Positions 51,793-61,763 are shown, counted from the stretch's first letter. The stretch is DNA of 64,000 nucleotides from an uncultured delta proteobacterium (GCA_963752595.1 CAVVYZ010000015.1:96001-160000); one strand, 5' to 3'. The notes: generated by a model from the letters alone, not told the origin. A program made the numbers and translations.

Positions 51793-52581
51793 TTATTTCT
51801 GCGTACCCTGGTATTCCCGTGGCAGGAAAAGGCGGGTGATCTTTTCTCCCAGGCGAGGTGATAAGAAGAATACTGCACTCAGGAATTTCGGCATGTAAGC
51901 TGTGTCCGACTCGATCTTCCCATTCTTGATGGCCCGGATGATTGACCGGGCACATTGTTGGGGACTCTGGGAGGGAGAATTTGCCAGCACCGGCTCCTCA
52001 ACGACCATGTCTGTTTTTACAATGGTTGGGTAGACCGTAAGAACCCGGATGCCTGTGCCGGAAAGTTCCTGCCGAAGGGTGGAGCTGAATGCGGCTACGG
52101 CCCATTTCGAGCACGCATACACCCCAAGATAGGGAAATGGAGTACGGGCTATGATGCTTGCAACATTCACGAGGACTCCTCTGGTCTCCTTGAGAAAGGG
52201 AAGGGCAGCCCTGGTGCAGTGGAAGGTCCCCAACAGATTTGTCTCCATCAGGTTTCTGAAGTCATCCGGATTCGCTTCCATCAAGGCCTTTTCAAGGGTG
52301 ATGCCGGCGATATTCATAAAGACGTCGATCCGCCCCAAAGCCTGTACTGCCGATTTCACCATTTGATGTACGGAATGGTCATCCGTAATATCGCAGGGCA
52401 GGGTAATACAAAACCCTCCTGCATTCTCAACCATTTCTCTGGTATTGCCGAGCCTGGCTTCATCGCGTGCAGCAACCGCTATTAAGGCGCCTTCCCGGGC
52501 TAATTCTGCCGCCACCGCCTTTCCTATGCCCCGGCTTCCGCCAGTCAGTACTACTGCCTTGCCGCGAAGATCATATTTCAT
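51793..52581 (-). CDS. SDR-family oxidoreductase
   Basis: TGGSRGIG; YACSK. Confidence 0.9.
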   Translation of the reverse strand: MKYDLRGKAVVLTGGSRGIGKAVAAELAREGALIAVAARDEARLGNTREMVENAGGFCITLPCDITDDHSVHQMVKSAVQALGRIDVFMNIAGITLEKALMEANPDDFRNLMETNLLGTFHCTRAALPFLKETRGVLVNVASIIARTPFPYLGVYACSKWAVAAFSSTLRQELSGTGIRVLTVYPTIVKTDMVVEEPVLANSPSQSPQQCARSIIRAIKNGKIESDTAYMPKFLSAVFFLSPRLGEKITRLFLPREYQGTQK

Positions 52582-52617
52582 GAAAATGCTCCTTTGTTTT
52601 TTGAGGATCGGGATACT

Positions 52618-52998
52618 TCATTGCGGGAAGAACTCCACCCTTATCCGTGCTCCTTCTTTGACTGAATGCAGGACTTTCGGATTGCCGAAAGCCCTGCCGA
52701 AGACGTTGACAGGGCTATATGCCCTCGGCTTATCAGATGTGCTCACCGGGGTGAGGCCAAAGAAGATGCAGAATGCGGGGCCTTCGGGCCAGTCGCCCAG
52801 GTCGCCCATATCGACATCCTGTCGTGCATAAGGCTCCAGGCTTTGATGAAGGGTGACAGTGAAGTAGATCTCATCTCCCCAGGTTGCAATGACAGCCTGA
52901 ATGGGCAGAAGTTTTTCGATTCCCTGTGCTGTAGGGGTATCAAACAGCTCTCCGATGAGCTCGATTTCATCGACCCTTATAATAATTCTTTTCATCAT
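52618..52998 (-). CDS. Cyclophilin-like fold (DUF369-type) protein
   Basis: WGDEIYF, GD...WPEG.AFCIFFG.TP, SPVNVFG. Confidence 0.88.
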   Translation of the reverse strand: MMKRIIIRVDEIELIGELFDTPTAQGIEKLLPIQAVIATWGDEIYFTVTLHQSLEPYARQDVDMGDLGDWPEGPAFCIFFGLTPVSTSDKPRAYSPVNVFGRAFGNPKVLHSVKEGARIRVEFFPQ

Positions 52999-53249
52999 CC
53001 CCCGCATTTTGTGCGCCGGATGCATGGAGGGTAACCCATGCCTTGGAAAAGCTTTTAATCTTCAGCGCCGGCCGTTTCTAGAGAACATAATAAGAGCACA
53101 TAAAACATTTCTCACAAGAAACTCTCCTAAATTACTCTATAGGAATATACGAGATTTGCAAAGCGAATAGAAATCGGAATCTCCTGTCTTTATTGCCGGG
53201 TATATTCTTTTCAAGAAGGGAAAAGGTATTCAGACACCCATGACACTGA

Positions 53250-53276
53250 TCAAGAAATCCGGGGAATACCCGATGA
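53250..53276 (+). promoter_or_regulatory. Candidate sigma28 (FliA) promoter
   Basis: TCAA-N15-CCCGATGA versus consensus TAAA-N15-GCCGATAA, 25 nt upstream of ATG 53302. Confidence 0.55.
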
Positions 53277-53301
53277 TAAAAGTAAGGGATAGAGAATACA
53301 T

Positions 53302-54327
53302 ATGAAAATTGCCGACACTCACATATCCATGAACTCATCCAGGACCTATCTGGAAACCAACGAGGTAAAGGAGAGTTTGCGGGTATGGGTGAGTCAGACC
53401 GCGCCGCTGAATGCAAGACACCCCGATCAGGTAACCATCTCTCCAAAAGCCGAATCCATGTTGAAAAGATTTGAGAATGAGCTGGGCGAAGCTGGCATCG
53501 AAGAAAACATGGATGGAGAAATTTTGCTTAAAAAACTCATCACGGAGATCCTTTCGGGCAGGGAAGTCAAGCTGTCCCGGATAGAGAAGGTTTCAGGGCG
53601 TGGTTCTGAAATGGCGGAAGAGGCAAAAGAAGCGGCCACGAAGGAAAATCAGCGTCAGGGATGGGGCATGCTGTATGACTATGAACAGACCCACCATGAG
53701 AAAGAGGATGTAAGCTTTCAGGCAAAAGGCATTATCAAGACCGCGGACGGAAAAGAAGTCGTTTTTGCCTTCAAGCTCGATATGAGCAGGGAGCATCTCG
53801 AAAAGAACAGCATCAATATAAGGGCAGGGGATGTGGCCATCGATCCGCTCATTATCAACTTCGACGGCAATGCGGCAGATCTCTCCAGCATGAAGTTCGA
53901 GTTTGACCTCGATTCGGACGGGCAAGTCGAGCAGGTATCAGTACCGACAGCTGGAAGGGGCTTCCTGGCCATCGATCTGGATAATAGCAATACTATAGAT
54001 AATGGTTCCGAGCTGTTCGGCCCGAGTACGGGCAACGGTTTCGCAGAGCTCTCTGCATATGATGAAGACGGAAACAGCTGGATTGATGAAAACGACGAGG
54101 CTTACAGCAGGCTTCGGGTTATGACTGTGGACAGCAATGGATCGAGCATTTTGCAGACGTTGAAAGATACCGGTGCCGGCGCTATTTACCTCGGCAGGAG
54201 CACTACCCGGTTTGATATCCGTACAAGTTCTGACAACAGCCTTCTCGGCCAAGTCCGCACTACGGGCATCTATCTCCATGAAGACGGAACACCGGGAACC
54301 ATCCAGCAGTTGGATCTCATAGCATAA
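53302..54327 (+). CDS. Conserved hypothetical protein with DxDxDG (Ca-binding-like) repeats
   Basis: DPLIINFDG, FDLDSDG, GFLAIDLDNSNTIDNGSELFG, YDEDGNSWIDEND, terminal QQLDL. Confidence 0.85.
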   Translation: MKIADTHISMNSSRTYLETNEVKESLRVWVSQTAPLNARHPDQVTISPKAESMLKRFENELGEAGIEENMDGEILLKKLITEILSGREVKLSRIEKVSGRGSEMAEEAKEAATKENQRQGWGMLYDYEQTHHEKEDVSFQAKGIIKTADGKEVVFAFKLDMSREHLEKNSINIRAGDVAIDPLIINFDGNAADLSSMKFEFDLDSDGQVEQVSVPTAGRGFLAIDLDNSNTIDNGSELFGPSTGNGFAELSAYDEDGNSWIDENDEAYSRLRVMTVDSNGSSILQTLKDTGAGAIYLGRSTTRFDIRTSSDNSLLGQVRTTGIYLHEDGTPGTIQQLDLIA

Positions 54328-54453
54328 GTTCTTTCCTTTATATTTATCCGGAAAACATATCCCCAAGGCTTTCTTCATAAAAGAACTCCTCACACGTGCA
54401 TGTCCGGTACCTTGCAGATGGCATTGAGTAATCCAAGATATCGGTGAATCGTC

Positions 54454-54505
54454 TTGACAGGTGATTTCTCATAATATACTTTGTTATAAAGTATGATGTT
54501 ATAAA
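54454..54505 (+). promoter_or_regulatory. sigma70-type promoter overlapped by a palindromic operator
   Basis: TTGACA (54454)-N17-TACTTT; inverted repeat ATACTTT-GTTAT-AAAGTAT (54476-54494); TGTTATAAA present twice. Confidence 0.6.
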
Positions 54506-54642
54506 CTACTTATCTGATTACTATTCTTGCAGAGCTGCTGAGAGTGAATAATCCTGTTCATAGTGCTGGTGAATCATGTCTTCTGTTCCATGGGATAAGG
54601 CTTCACTTGGGCATGCGTAGTGAGGAGCGACAGGAGGGGTTT

Positions 54643-55092
54643 ATGATCGAAGAAAAATACAGGGATGCCGCATCCATTCTCGAACAGGCTGTTCCTCTCA
54701 TTGCAAAAACCGGAGTCAGGATCCTTGAGCTTCAGGACCGCTATGCAAAGATCCTCATGCCTTTCAAGCCCAACGTTAATCATATCGGAATCATGTACGG
54801 CGGATCACTCTTCATCCTTGCCGAGTTCTCCGGCGGGGTTCTCTACTATGTCTCCTTTGACCATGCAAGGTTTTACCCTATCGTCAAAGAAGTAACGATC
54901 AAATACCGCCGGCCTGCCGCGACCGACGTGACCCTTGAAGTACGCTTGAGCAAAGAGCAGTCAGACTCGATCCAGGATGCCGCGGACAAGGAAGGCAGGA
55001 AGGATTGGTCCATGGATCTGGAGCTCAAAGACGCATACGGCGAGGTGTGCAGTCTTGTTCATGGAGTCTGGCAGTTAAGGAAACTCCCTTAA
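54643..55092 (+). CDS. Hotdog-fold thioesterase (PaaI/YiiD-C-like)
   Basis: NVNHIGIMYGGSLF.LAE, I.YRRPA; AGGAGG RBS. Confidence 0.88.
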   Translation: MIEEKYRDAASILEQAVPLIAKTGVRILELQDRYAKILMPFKPNVNHIGIMYGGSLFILAEFSGGVLYYVSFDHARFYPIVKEVTIKYRRPAATDVTLEVRLSKEQSDSIQDAADKEGRKDWSMDLELKDAYGEVCSLVHGVWQLRKLP

Positions 55093-55121
55093 AAATCAAT
55101 AAACCATAAAGGAGTAATGAT

Positions 55122-56991
55122 ATGGCGAATCAGATTTTGGATGAAAGGGATCAGCGGTTCATCTTGTATGAGATGCTGGGGGTGGAGAAACTCTGTGGGT
55201 ATGAGAAGTATCGGGATTTCTCCAAGGACATGTTCGACATGATCCTCACCGAAGCGCAGAAGATGGCGGTGGATGAAGTTCTTCCCACCCTGGCCGAAGG
55301 AGACAAGGAAGGCTGTACGCTGAGCGACGGAAAGGTTTCTGTCCCGAAATGCTACCATCGCGCGTATCAGCTTTTCCGTGAGGGCGGCTGGATCGGGACG
55401 AATTTTCCTCCTGAAGAAGGTGGCCAGGGCCTGCCGGACAGCGTGAAGATTGCAGCCATCGACTGGTTCTACCATAACTTTGCCTTTTCTGCGTATCCGT
55501 TCGCGACCGAGGGAGCTGCGCACCTCATCCTGACCTACGGCACGGAAGCGCAGAAGAGAAAGTATATGGACAAGATGGTTCAGGGCATCTGGGGCGGAAC
55601 CATGGCACTGACCGAGCCCAATGCCGGATCCGATCTCGGCAATATGATTACCAAGGCGATACGTCAGCCGGACGGAACCTTCAGGATTCAGGGCACTAAA
55701 ATATTCATTACCGCAGGCGACAATGATCTGGTGGAAAATATTGTCCACCCCGTGCTTGCCAGGATTGAAGGCGATCCGGCCGGCACGAAGGGCATTTCGA
55801 TTTTCCTCGTGCCTAAGTATCTCGTCAACGATGACGGCTCCCTGGGCAGGCGCAATGACTATGAGATCGCCAATATCGAGCACAAGATGGGTATCCGGGG
55901 CAGCGCCACCTGCCTGATCAATTTCGGTGACAACAACAACTGCTATGCCGAACTGCTGGGTGACGAGCGAGAGGGCATGAAGATCATGTTCCAGATGATG
56001 AATGAGGCCCGTCTTGCCGTCGGCCTGCAGGGTCTCTGCAGTGCCTCGATCGCTTATCTCCATGCGCTTCAGTACACTAAAGACAGCCTCCAGGGCTCAT
56101 CACTCATTGAATTCAAAAATCCCAATGCTCCCCGCGTTCCCATCATCCATCACCCGGACGTCCGCAGGATGCTTCTGTGGATGAAATCCACCGTTGACAG
56201 CATGCGTGCCCTTATCTACTTCACTGCCTACTGTTTCGACATGGAAAAAGTTGCGAAGGACGAGGTGGAAAAGGACAAATGGCTTGGCATTCGCAGAGGT
56301 GCTAACCCCCATCGTTAAGGCATATTGCTCCGATATTGGCTTCAGGGTCACCGAGACAGCCATGCAGTGCTACGGCGGGTACGGCTTCTGCTGCGAGTAC
56401 CCTGTGGAGCAGTTCATCCGGGATGAAAAGATCGCATCCATCTATGAAGGGGCCAACGGCATTCAGGCCCTCGACCTCATCGGCCGCAAGCTCGGCATGA
56501 AGAAGGGCGCGTACTTCATGAATCTGCTCGGCGAGATGAATACCACAGTAACAAAATACAAGGACCTGACCGGCAATGCGGACATGGCAGCGGATGTCCA
56601 GAACGCCGTGAATAAACTCGCCGAGATGGGCATGTTCCTTGCCTCCTGCGCTAAGCAGGGCAAGTTCCTTGTGCCTGTCAACAATGCCTATCCCGTTCCT
56701 CATGATGATGGGCAAGGTCGTTTCTGGCTGGTTCCTCCTCTGGCAGGCCGGCGTTGCACAGCAGAAGCTCGATGCGCTGCCAAGGAAAAGGGTATTGACG
56801 AAAAGGACAAGACCGCCATAGCTCAGCTCATGCAAGGAGAACAAGGACGCCGCCTTCTATTCCGGCAAGATATATTCGGCCAGGTTTTTGCCAAGAACGT
56901 ACTGCCCGAGGTCGATGCGGCAGCAGTGGCCATCAAGACTGAAGACATGTCCATTCTGGAGATTCCTGAAGAAAGCTTCTGTTCGTATTAA
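55122..56991 (+). CDS. Acyl-CoA dehydrogenase, broken by ~5 clustered indels (56290-56890)
   Basis: GTMALTEP.AGSD, GTKIFIT, GISIFLVP, EHKMGIRGSAT, MMNEAR, QCYGGYG, IYEGANGIQALDL. ORFs 55122..56318, 56194..56991 and 56639..56821 are pieces of one gene. Confidence 0.9.
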
Positions 56992-57003
56992 AAACACCTG
57001 GAC

Positions 57004-57030
57004 GGGGGATCGGAGCCGGTCCCCCGGTTT
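57004..57030 (+). terminator. Rho-independent terminator after the acyl-CoA dehydrogenase
   Basis: GGGGGATCGG-AG-CCGGTCCCCC hairpin followed by GGTTT. Confidence 0.6.
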
Positions 57031-57042
57031 CAAGCTATTTAA

Positions 57043-57412
57043 TGTCTCCTTCGGGGATGGTTGAAGGCCCTCGCCTTTAGGCGAAGAGAGGATTATATGT
57101 GTCGCTATGCGACGTTATAGGGTAGGAGCCCACACGAAAACTGACTTAAAGGTGCACCTGGTGTGGGTGCCTAAGTATCGGAAGAAGTTGTTGACCGGAG
57201 AAGTAGCTATTCGAGTAAGGGACCTGCTGAAGCAGATTGCGATTGAACATGAGTTGGAAGTGATATCCGGGAAGGTAGCCAGTGACCGTGACCATGTGCA
57301 CATGTTTATTGGGTATAATCCGAGCCAGGATATCAGCAAGATAGTGCAATGGCTGAAGGGAATAAGTTCCCGGGTAATTAAATCCCTCGCCTTCAAGGCG
57401 AGGGTCGTTTAG
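57043..57412 (+). mobile_element. Internally deleted IS200/IS605-family element
   Basis: Related subterminal hairpins CCCTCGCCTTTAGGCGA (57068-57084) and CCCTCGCCTTCAAGGCGAGGG (57384-57404) enclose a truncated tnpA; exact ends uncertain. Confidence 0.85.
57107..57412 (+). pseudogene. tnpA: Truncated Y1 (HUH) transposase TnpA
   Basis: HLVWVPKYRK, DHVHMF and LKGISSR present; the frame then runs into the right-end hairpin, so the C-terminal W..GY region and the catalytic Tyr helix are missing. Confidence 0.85.
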
Positions 57413-57575
57413 TTGTTTCCTCGGACCTCACGGATATATTCTGTCACATCCATCTGTGTGAGAGATGGAACTGAAACCATAAGCTTATATTCTCCTAGAG
57501 AAGATCTTGTTTGTGATCATCCGGCCTTTAGTTAATAAAGTATCTCAGATCTTCACCGCCTAAGGAGGTGGATGT

Positions 57576-59675
57576 ATGCATCAGCTGTTTTATCCCGGAT
57601 CAATTGCCATTATCGGTCTGTCTTCTAAATCATCCAATATCCCTAGGATAACTCTGGAAAATCTTCTCCGCTGGGGATACAGAGGGAGGATCTTCGGCGT
57701 AAACGCCAGGAATGAGGATGTCCATGTCGACGGGATCAGGATGTATAAGAATATCGAGGATCTTCCCGAGGTCCCGGACCTGGCCTATTGCCTTATCCCT
57801 GCAAAGTACATCCCTGACATGGTGGACCGATGCGGCAGGTACGGCATCAAAAGGATGGCGATCCCTTCCGGCGGGTTTTCAGAGTTCAGCGAAGAGGGGA
57901 GAAGACTTGCCGATACGACACTGGAAAATGCCAGAAAACACGGCGTCCGTTTCGTCGGGCCTAACGGAGTGACCGTGGCTAATACGGACAACGGCCTGTG
58001 CCTTCCGTTCGTGCCTTTGTTCAAGGCACCGAAGGGAGAGATGTCGATCATATCCCAGAGCGGAGGGGTGTCTCTCATGATGCTCAATTTCCTCCTGGAT
58101 GAAAATGTCGGCCTTGCAAAGTTCGCGAGCATCGGCAACAAGCTCGACCTCGATGAGGTAGACTTCTTGAAATACTTTGGGAAAGATCCTCAAACAAAGA
58201 TCATCTGCCTCTACCTGGAAAGCATGAACCGGGGCAAGGATTTCATCGAGACAGCCGCAAAGATCGACAAACCAGTCGTAGTCTACAAGTCAAATACCAC
58301 CTCGGCTGGCAAAAAGGCTGCCATGAGCCACACTGCAGCAGTGAGCAATGATGAGGATATTATCGACTCGGCCTTTGAAGAGGCCGGGGTAATCCGTATC
58401 CGGAATTTCCTCGATTTCATCGAGGTCGCGAAGGCCTTCCAACTTCCGCCCATGAAAGGCAGGCGGATCATGGTGATGAGCCCTGCGGGGGGGTTTTCCG
58501 TTATCACGGCAGACCTGTGCGAAAAGGCGGGATACGAGTTTGCGGATATGGGCAAGGATTTCTACGACAGCCTGAGCAAATTCAGCAATGCGGGCGTAAT
58601 CAAGTTCTCCAACCCTCTGGATATGGGTGATATCTATGATCCGCAGCTTATGGCTCACGTGGTCTATTCGGTCATGCATTCGGACAGCGTCGATGGCGCC
58701 ATGATCGTGAGCCAGCGGCCCCAAATGCCTGCCGGTGAGAATGTGTTCCACAAAATGTTCCTGACGGACCTCTCGAAGGAGACCTGGGGAACCATTTTGT
58801 CCGCGGGTAAGCCGCTGGGGGTATGCCTGTTCGGACCCACGAGGATGATCCAGCAGACCAAGCGGTCGGTTGAATTTCCCATATTCAACAGCCCGGAGGA
58901 GATGGTGAACGCCATGGCCATGCAGATGAAATTTTATATGCGAAGGATGCATGCAGGAAAAGAGGATATCGTTCCTTCAGGAATCGATCACAAAGCAGCA
59001 CTGGCCTGGATGTATGGGAAAAAGGGAGATTACGGAGAGGAAATTCTCGATCTGCTCGCTGCCTTTGGTGTTCCGGTCGCAGCATCCCGAATGGCTGTAA
59101 GCGAGGATGAGGCGGTGAAATACGCTGAGGAGCTGGGCTACCCGGTGGTCATGAAGGTCGTCTCCCCCGATGCCCTGCACAAGTCGGATGCCGGGGGCGT
59201 CGTTGTGGGTGTGCGGCAGGAAGACGATGTGAGAAAGAAGTTCCGGAATATCAGGGAGAACCTTCTGAAGTACAAACACAATGCCCGCTTCGAGGGAGTA
59301 AGGATTCAGGAGATGGCGCCGGACGGGTATGATATGTTCGTAGGAGGCAAGTATGATCCGTCCTTCGGCCCTGTGGTGTTCTTCGGCATGGGCGGCATCT
59401 ACATCGAAGTATTCAGGGACGTAGCGAACGTCCTCTGTCCGGCAGGCCCAGCTCAGGTCATGAACCGCCTTCAGAGGCTCAAGTCATACCGCGTGCTGAA
59501 AGGACTGCGCGGCATGGCTCAGGGTGATATCGATGCCTTTGTCGACCTGGTTGTGAGGGTATCCCGACTGCTGGCAGCTTTCCCGCAGATTCTGGAGCTC
59601 GACATAAACCCGGTGCGCGTATTCCCCGAAGGTAATGGAGTCATGGCCCTGGATGCAAGGGCACGTATCGCATAG
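57576..59675 (+). CDS. ADP-forming acetate/acyl-CoA ligase (fused alpha-beta)
   Basis: SIAIIG.S, GPNG, ISQSG, SIGNK, phospho-His motifs AMSHT and LHKSDAGGV, ELDINP. Confidence 0.9.
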   Translation: MHQLFYPGSIAIIGLSSKSSNIPRITLENLLRWGYRGRIFGVNARNEDVHVDGIRMYKNIEDLPEVPDLAYCLIPAKYIPDMVDRCGRYGIKRMAIPSGGFSEFSEEGRRLADTTLENARKHGVRFVGPNGVTVANTDNGLCLPFVPLFKAPKGEMSIISQSGGVSLMMLNFLLDENVGLAKFASIGNKLDLDEVDFLKYFGKDPQTKIICLYLESMNRGKDFIETAAKIDKPVVVYKSNTTSAGKKAAMSHTAAVSNDEDIIDSAFEEAGVIRIRNFLDFIEVAKAFQLPPMKGRRIMVMSPAGGFSVITADLCEKAGYEFADMGKDFYDSLSKFSNAGVIKFSNPLDMGDIYDPQLMAHVVYSVMHSDSVDGAMIVSQRPQMPAGENVFHKMFLTDLSKETWGTILSAGKPLGVCLFGPTRMIQQTKRSVEFPIFNSPEEMVNAMAMQMKFYMRRMHAGKEDIVPSGIDHKAALAWMYGKKGDYGEEILDLLAAFGVPVAASRMAVSEDEAVKYAEELGYPVVMKVVSPDALHKSDAGGVVVGVRQEDDVRKKFRNIRENLLKYKHNARFEGVRIQEMAPDGYDMFVGGKYDPSFGPVVFFGMGGIYIEVFRDVANVLCPAGPAQVMNRLQRLKSYRVLKGLRGMAQGDIDAFVDLVVRVSRLLAAFPQILELDINPVRVFPEGNGVMALDARARIA

Positions 59676-59728
59676 ACTCAAGACGGCTGTAAAAACACCT
59701 ATTGATAAGAATTAACGATTGATAGCTG

Positions 59729-59761
59729 AAAAGGGGGGACAGATGCCGCATCTGCCCCCCT
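59729..59761 (-). terminator. Terminator of the AMP-binding ligase gene
   Basis: GGGGGG(A)CAGATGC / GCATCTGCCCCCC inverted repeat with a T tract on the minus strand. Confidence 0.7.
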
Positions 59762-59769
59762 AAAGCTGA

Positions 59770-61410
59770 TTAAGAGGCGAACTTTGCCGAGAATTGTTCT
59801 ACGATCTTGTACTTCTGCACCTTGCCGCTCGCGGTCATGGGCACTTCTTTGGTGAATTCCCAGTATTTGGGTATCTTGTGGCGGGCGATCCTGCCGTTGC
59901 AATACTCGATGAGCTCTTCTTTGGTCGCTGTCTCGCCGGGCTTGAGGATAACCACGGAAAGGAGCTGCTCGCCATATTTCTTGTCCGGTACACCGACCAC
60001 GTACACGTCGCTGACCTTGGGGTGCTTGTGGAGGAACTCTTCGATCTCCCGCGGGTAGATATTTTCTCCTCCGCGAATGACCATCTCCTTGATCCTGCCG
60101 GTTACCTTGAAGTTTCCCTTTTCATCCAGGGTGCCCAGATCGCCGGTGTGGAGCCAGCCTTCTTTGTCGATCGCTTTTTCCGTGTCTTCGGGCATCTTGT
60201 AATAGCCCTTCATAACACACGGGCTCTTGGTGACGATTTCGCCCTGGACATTGGGACCCACCTCTTCGCCTGTGACCGGATCGATGATCTTCCCGCCAAT
60301 GCCCGGGAGGAGCCTTCCCACCGTGGATACTCTGACATCCACCGGATCGTCGCGCCTGGTCATGGTCATCACCGGGGAGCTTTCCGTCTGCCCGAAGGCA
60401 ATGACTACCTCGGAGCAATGCATCTTTTCAATCACGTTGTTCATCGCCTCAACCGGACACGGTGCACCTGCCATGATGCCTGTCCGTAAGGACTTCATGT
60501 TGAACTTGCTGAAATCCTGATGATCCATCATCGTAATGAACATCGTGGGTACCCCATTGATAGCGGTGCACTGCTCCTGCTCGATATATTGGAGCGCTTT
60601 CAACGGATCGAAATACTCCACAATCACCATGGTGGACCCGTGATAAACGCAATTCAGCGAGCTCATGACGCATCCAAAGCAATGGAACAGGGGCACCTGG
60701 ATAAGGAGCCTGTCTTCTGCGGTCATGCCCATCACATCACCCACCATACGGGCATTGTTAATGATATTATAATGGGTGAGCATGACGCCTTTGGGGAAGC
60801 CCGTAGTACCCGAAGTGTACTGCATGTTCACGACATCGTGAGCATGGACCGATCGTTGCCTCTCTTCGAGCTGCACATCAGAGACAGCCTTGCCCAGCCT
60901 GATCATTTCATCAAAAGTATACATTCCTGGCGTATCTTTTCTGTTTCCGATGTACACGACGTTTTTGAGGAAGGGCAGGTTCGATGACTTAAGATCTCCG
61001 GGACGCACTTGGCCAAGCTCGGGGATCACGGTACGTGCAGTCTCGTAGAAATTCGAATCCCGGTAAGCCTCTATCAGGACCAGCGTCGTGGAATCTGACT
61101 GCCTGAGTATGTATTCGAGCTCGCTCGACTTGTAATTCGTGTTCACGGTGACCAGGACGGCTCCGATCATGCCCAGGCCGAACTGCATGTAAGTCCATTC
61201 CGGGATATTCGTAGTCCATACCGAAATATGATCGCCCTTCTTCACGCCTATGGCCATGAAGCCTTTCGCCACATCGGTGCACGACTGCAGAAACTCGGAA
61301 TACGTCTGTCTGAGGGATGTTGCTGGATTTACAAGGGCCTCGTTGTCCGGATACAGGGAGGCTGTTTCCCTGAGGAGTTCCCCCATTGTAATCTCTCTGA
61401 ACTGTTCCAT
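59770..61410 (-). CDS. AMP-forming acyl-CoA synthetase (ACSF2-like)
   Basis: YTSGTTGFPKG, PLFHCFG, FGQTE, GWLHTGD, IRGGENIYPREIE, PMTASGKVQK. Confidence 0.95.
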   Translation of the reverse strand: MEQFREITMGELLRETASLYPDNEALVNPATSLRQTYSEFLQSCTDVAKGFMAIGVKKGDHISVWTTNIPEWTYMQFGLGMIGAVLVTVNTNYKSSELEYILRQSDSTTLVLIEAYRDSNFYETARTVIPELGQVRPGDLKSSNLPFLKNVVYIGNRKDTPGMYTFDEMIRLGKAVSDVQLEERQRSVHAHDVVNMQYTSGTTGFPKGVMLTHYNIINNARMVGDVMGMTAEDRLLIQVPLFHCFGCVMSSLNCVYHGSTMVIVEYFDPLKALQYIEQEQCTAINGVPTMFITMMDHQDFSKFNMKSLRTGIMAGAPCPVEAMNNVIEKMHCSEVVIAFGQTESSPVMTMTRRDDPVDVRVSTVGRLLPGIGGKIIDPVTGEEVGPNVQGEIVTKSPCVMKGYYKMPEDTEKAIDKEGWLHTGDLGTLDEKGNFKVTGRIKEMVIRGGENIYPREIEEFLHKHPKVSDVYVVGVPDKKYGEQLLSVVILKPGETATKEELIEYCNGRIARHKIPKYWEFTKEVPMTASGKVQKYKIVEQFSAKFAS

Positions 61411-61485
61411 AGAAGAAATCTCCTTATTTCAACGTCTTGATTTCTACTGCTTTCTTTTATAGCAAGGCCACATGCAATTATATGC

Positions 61486-61531
61486 TTGACATTAATGTCA
61501 AATAAATATCATGGCTTGATACGCATGTCAA
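61486..61531. promoter_or_regulatory. Tandem palindromic operator in a divergent promoter region
   Basis: Perfect 16-bp palindrome TTGACATTAATGTCAA (61486-61501) and imperfect copy TTGATACGCATGTCAA (61516-61531). Confidence 0.7.
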
Positions 61532-61763
61532 TAACTATATAAAGAAAAATGCCCTGAGCAAGATGAAAAATTATAGAGAAAAAGAATAGTACCACATTCC
61601 ATGAAAAAAGCAACCTGGGCCGAGTGGCTTGTCTGCCTGATAAGGATGATGCTGTATTGACCAGCGGTCATTGAATATCCAGGATTTGACCCTATGAAAT
61701 ATAATAAAGAAAAAAGTGGTTCATGAGGTTTGGGGATTCTCAAAAAAGGGAAGGTGGAGAGGA

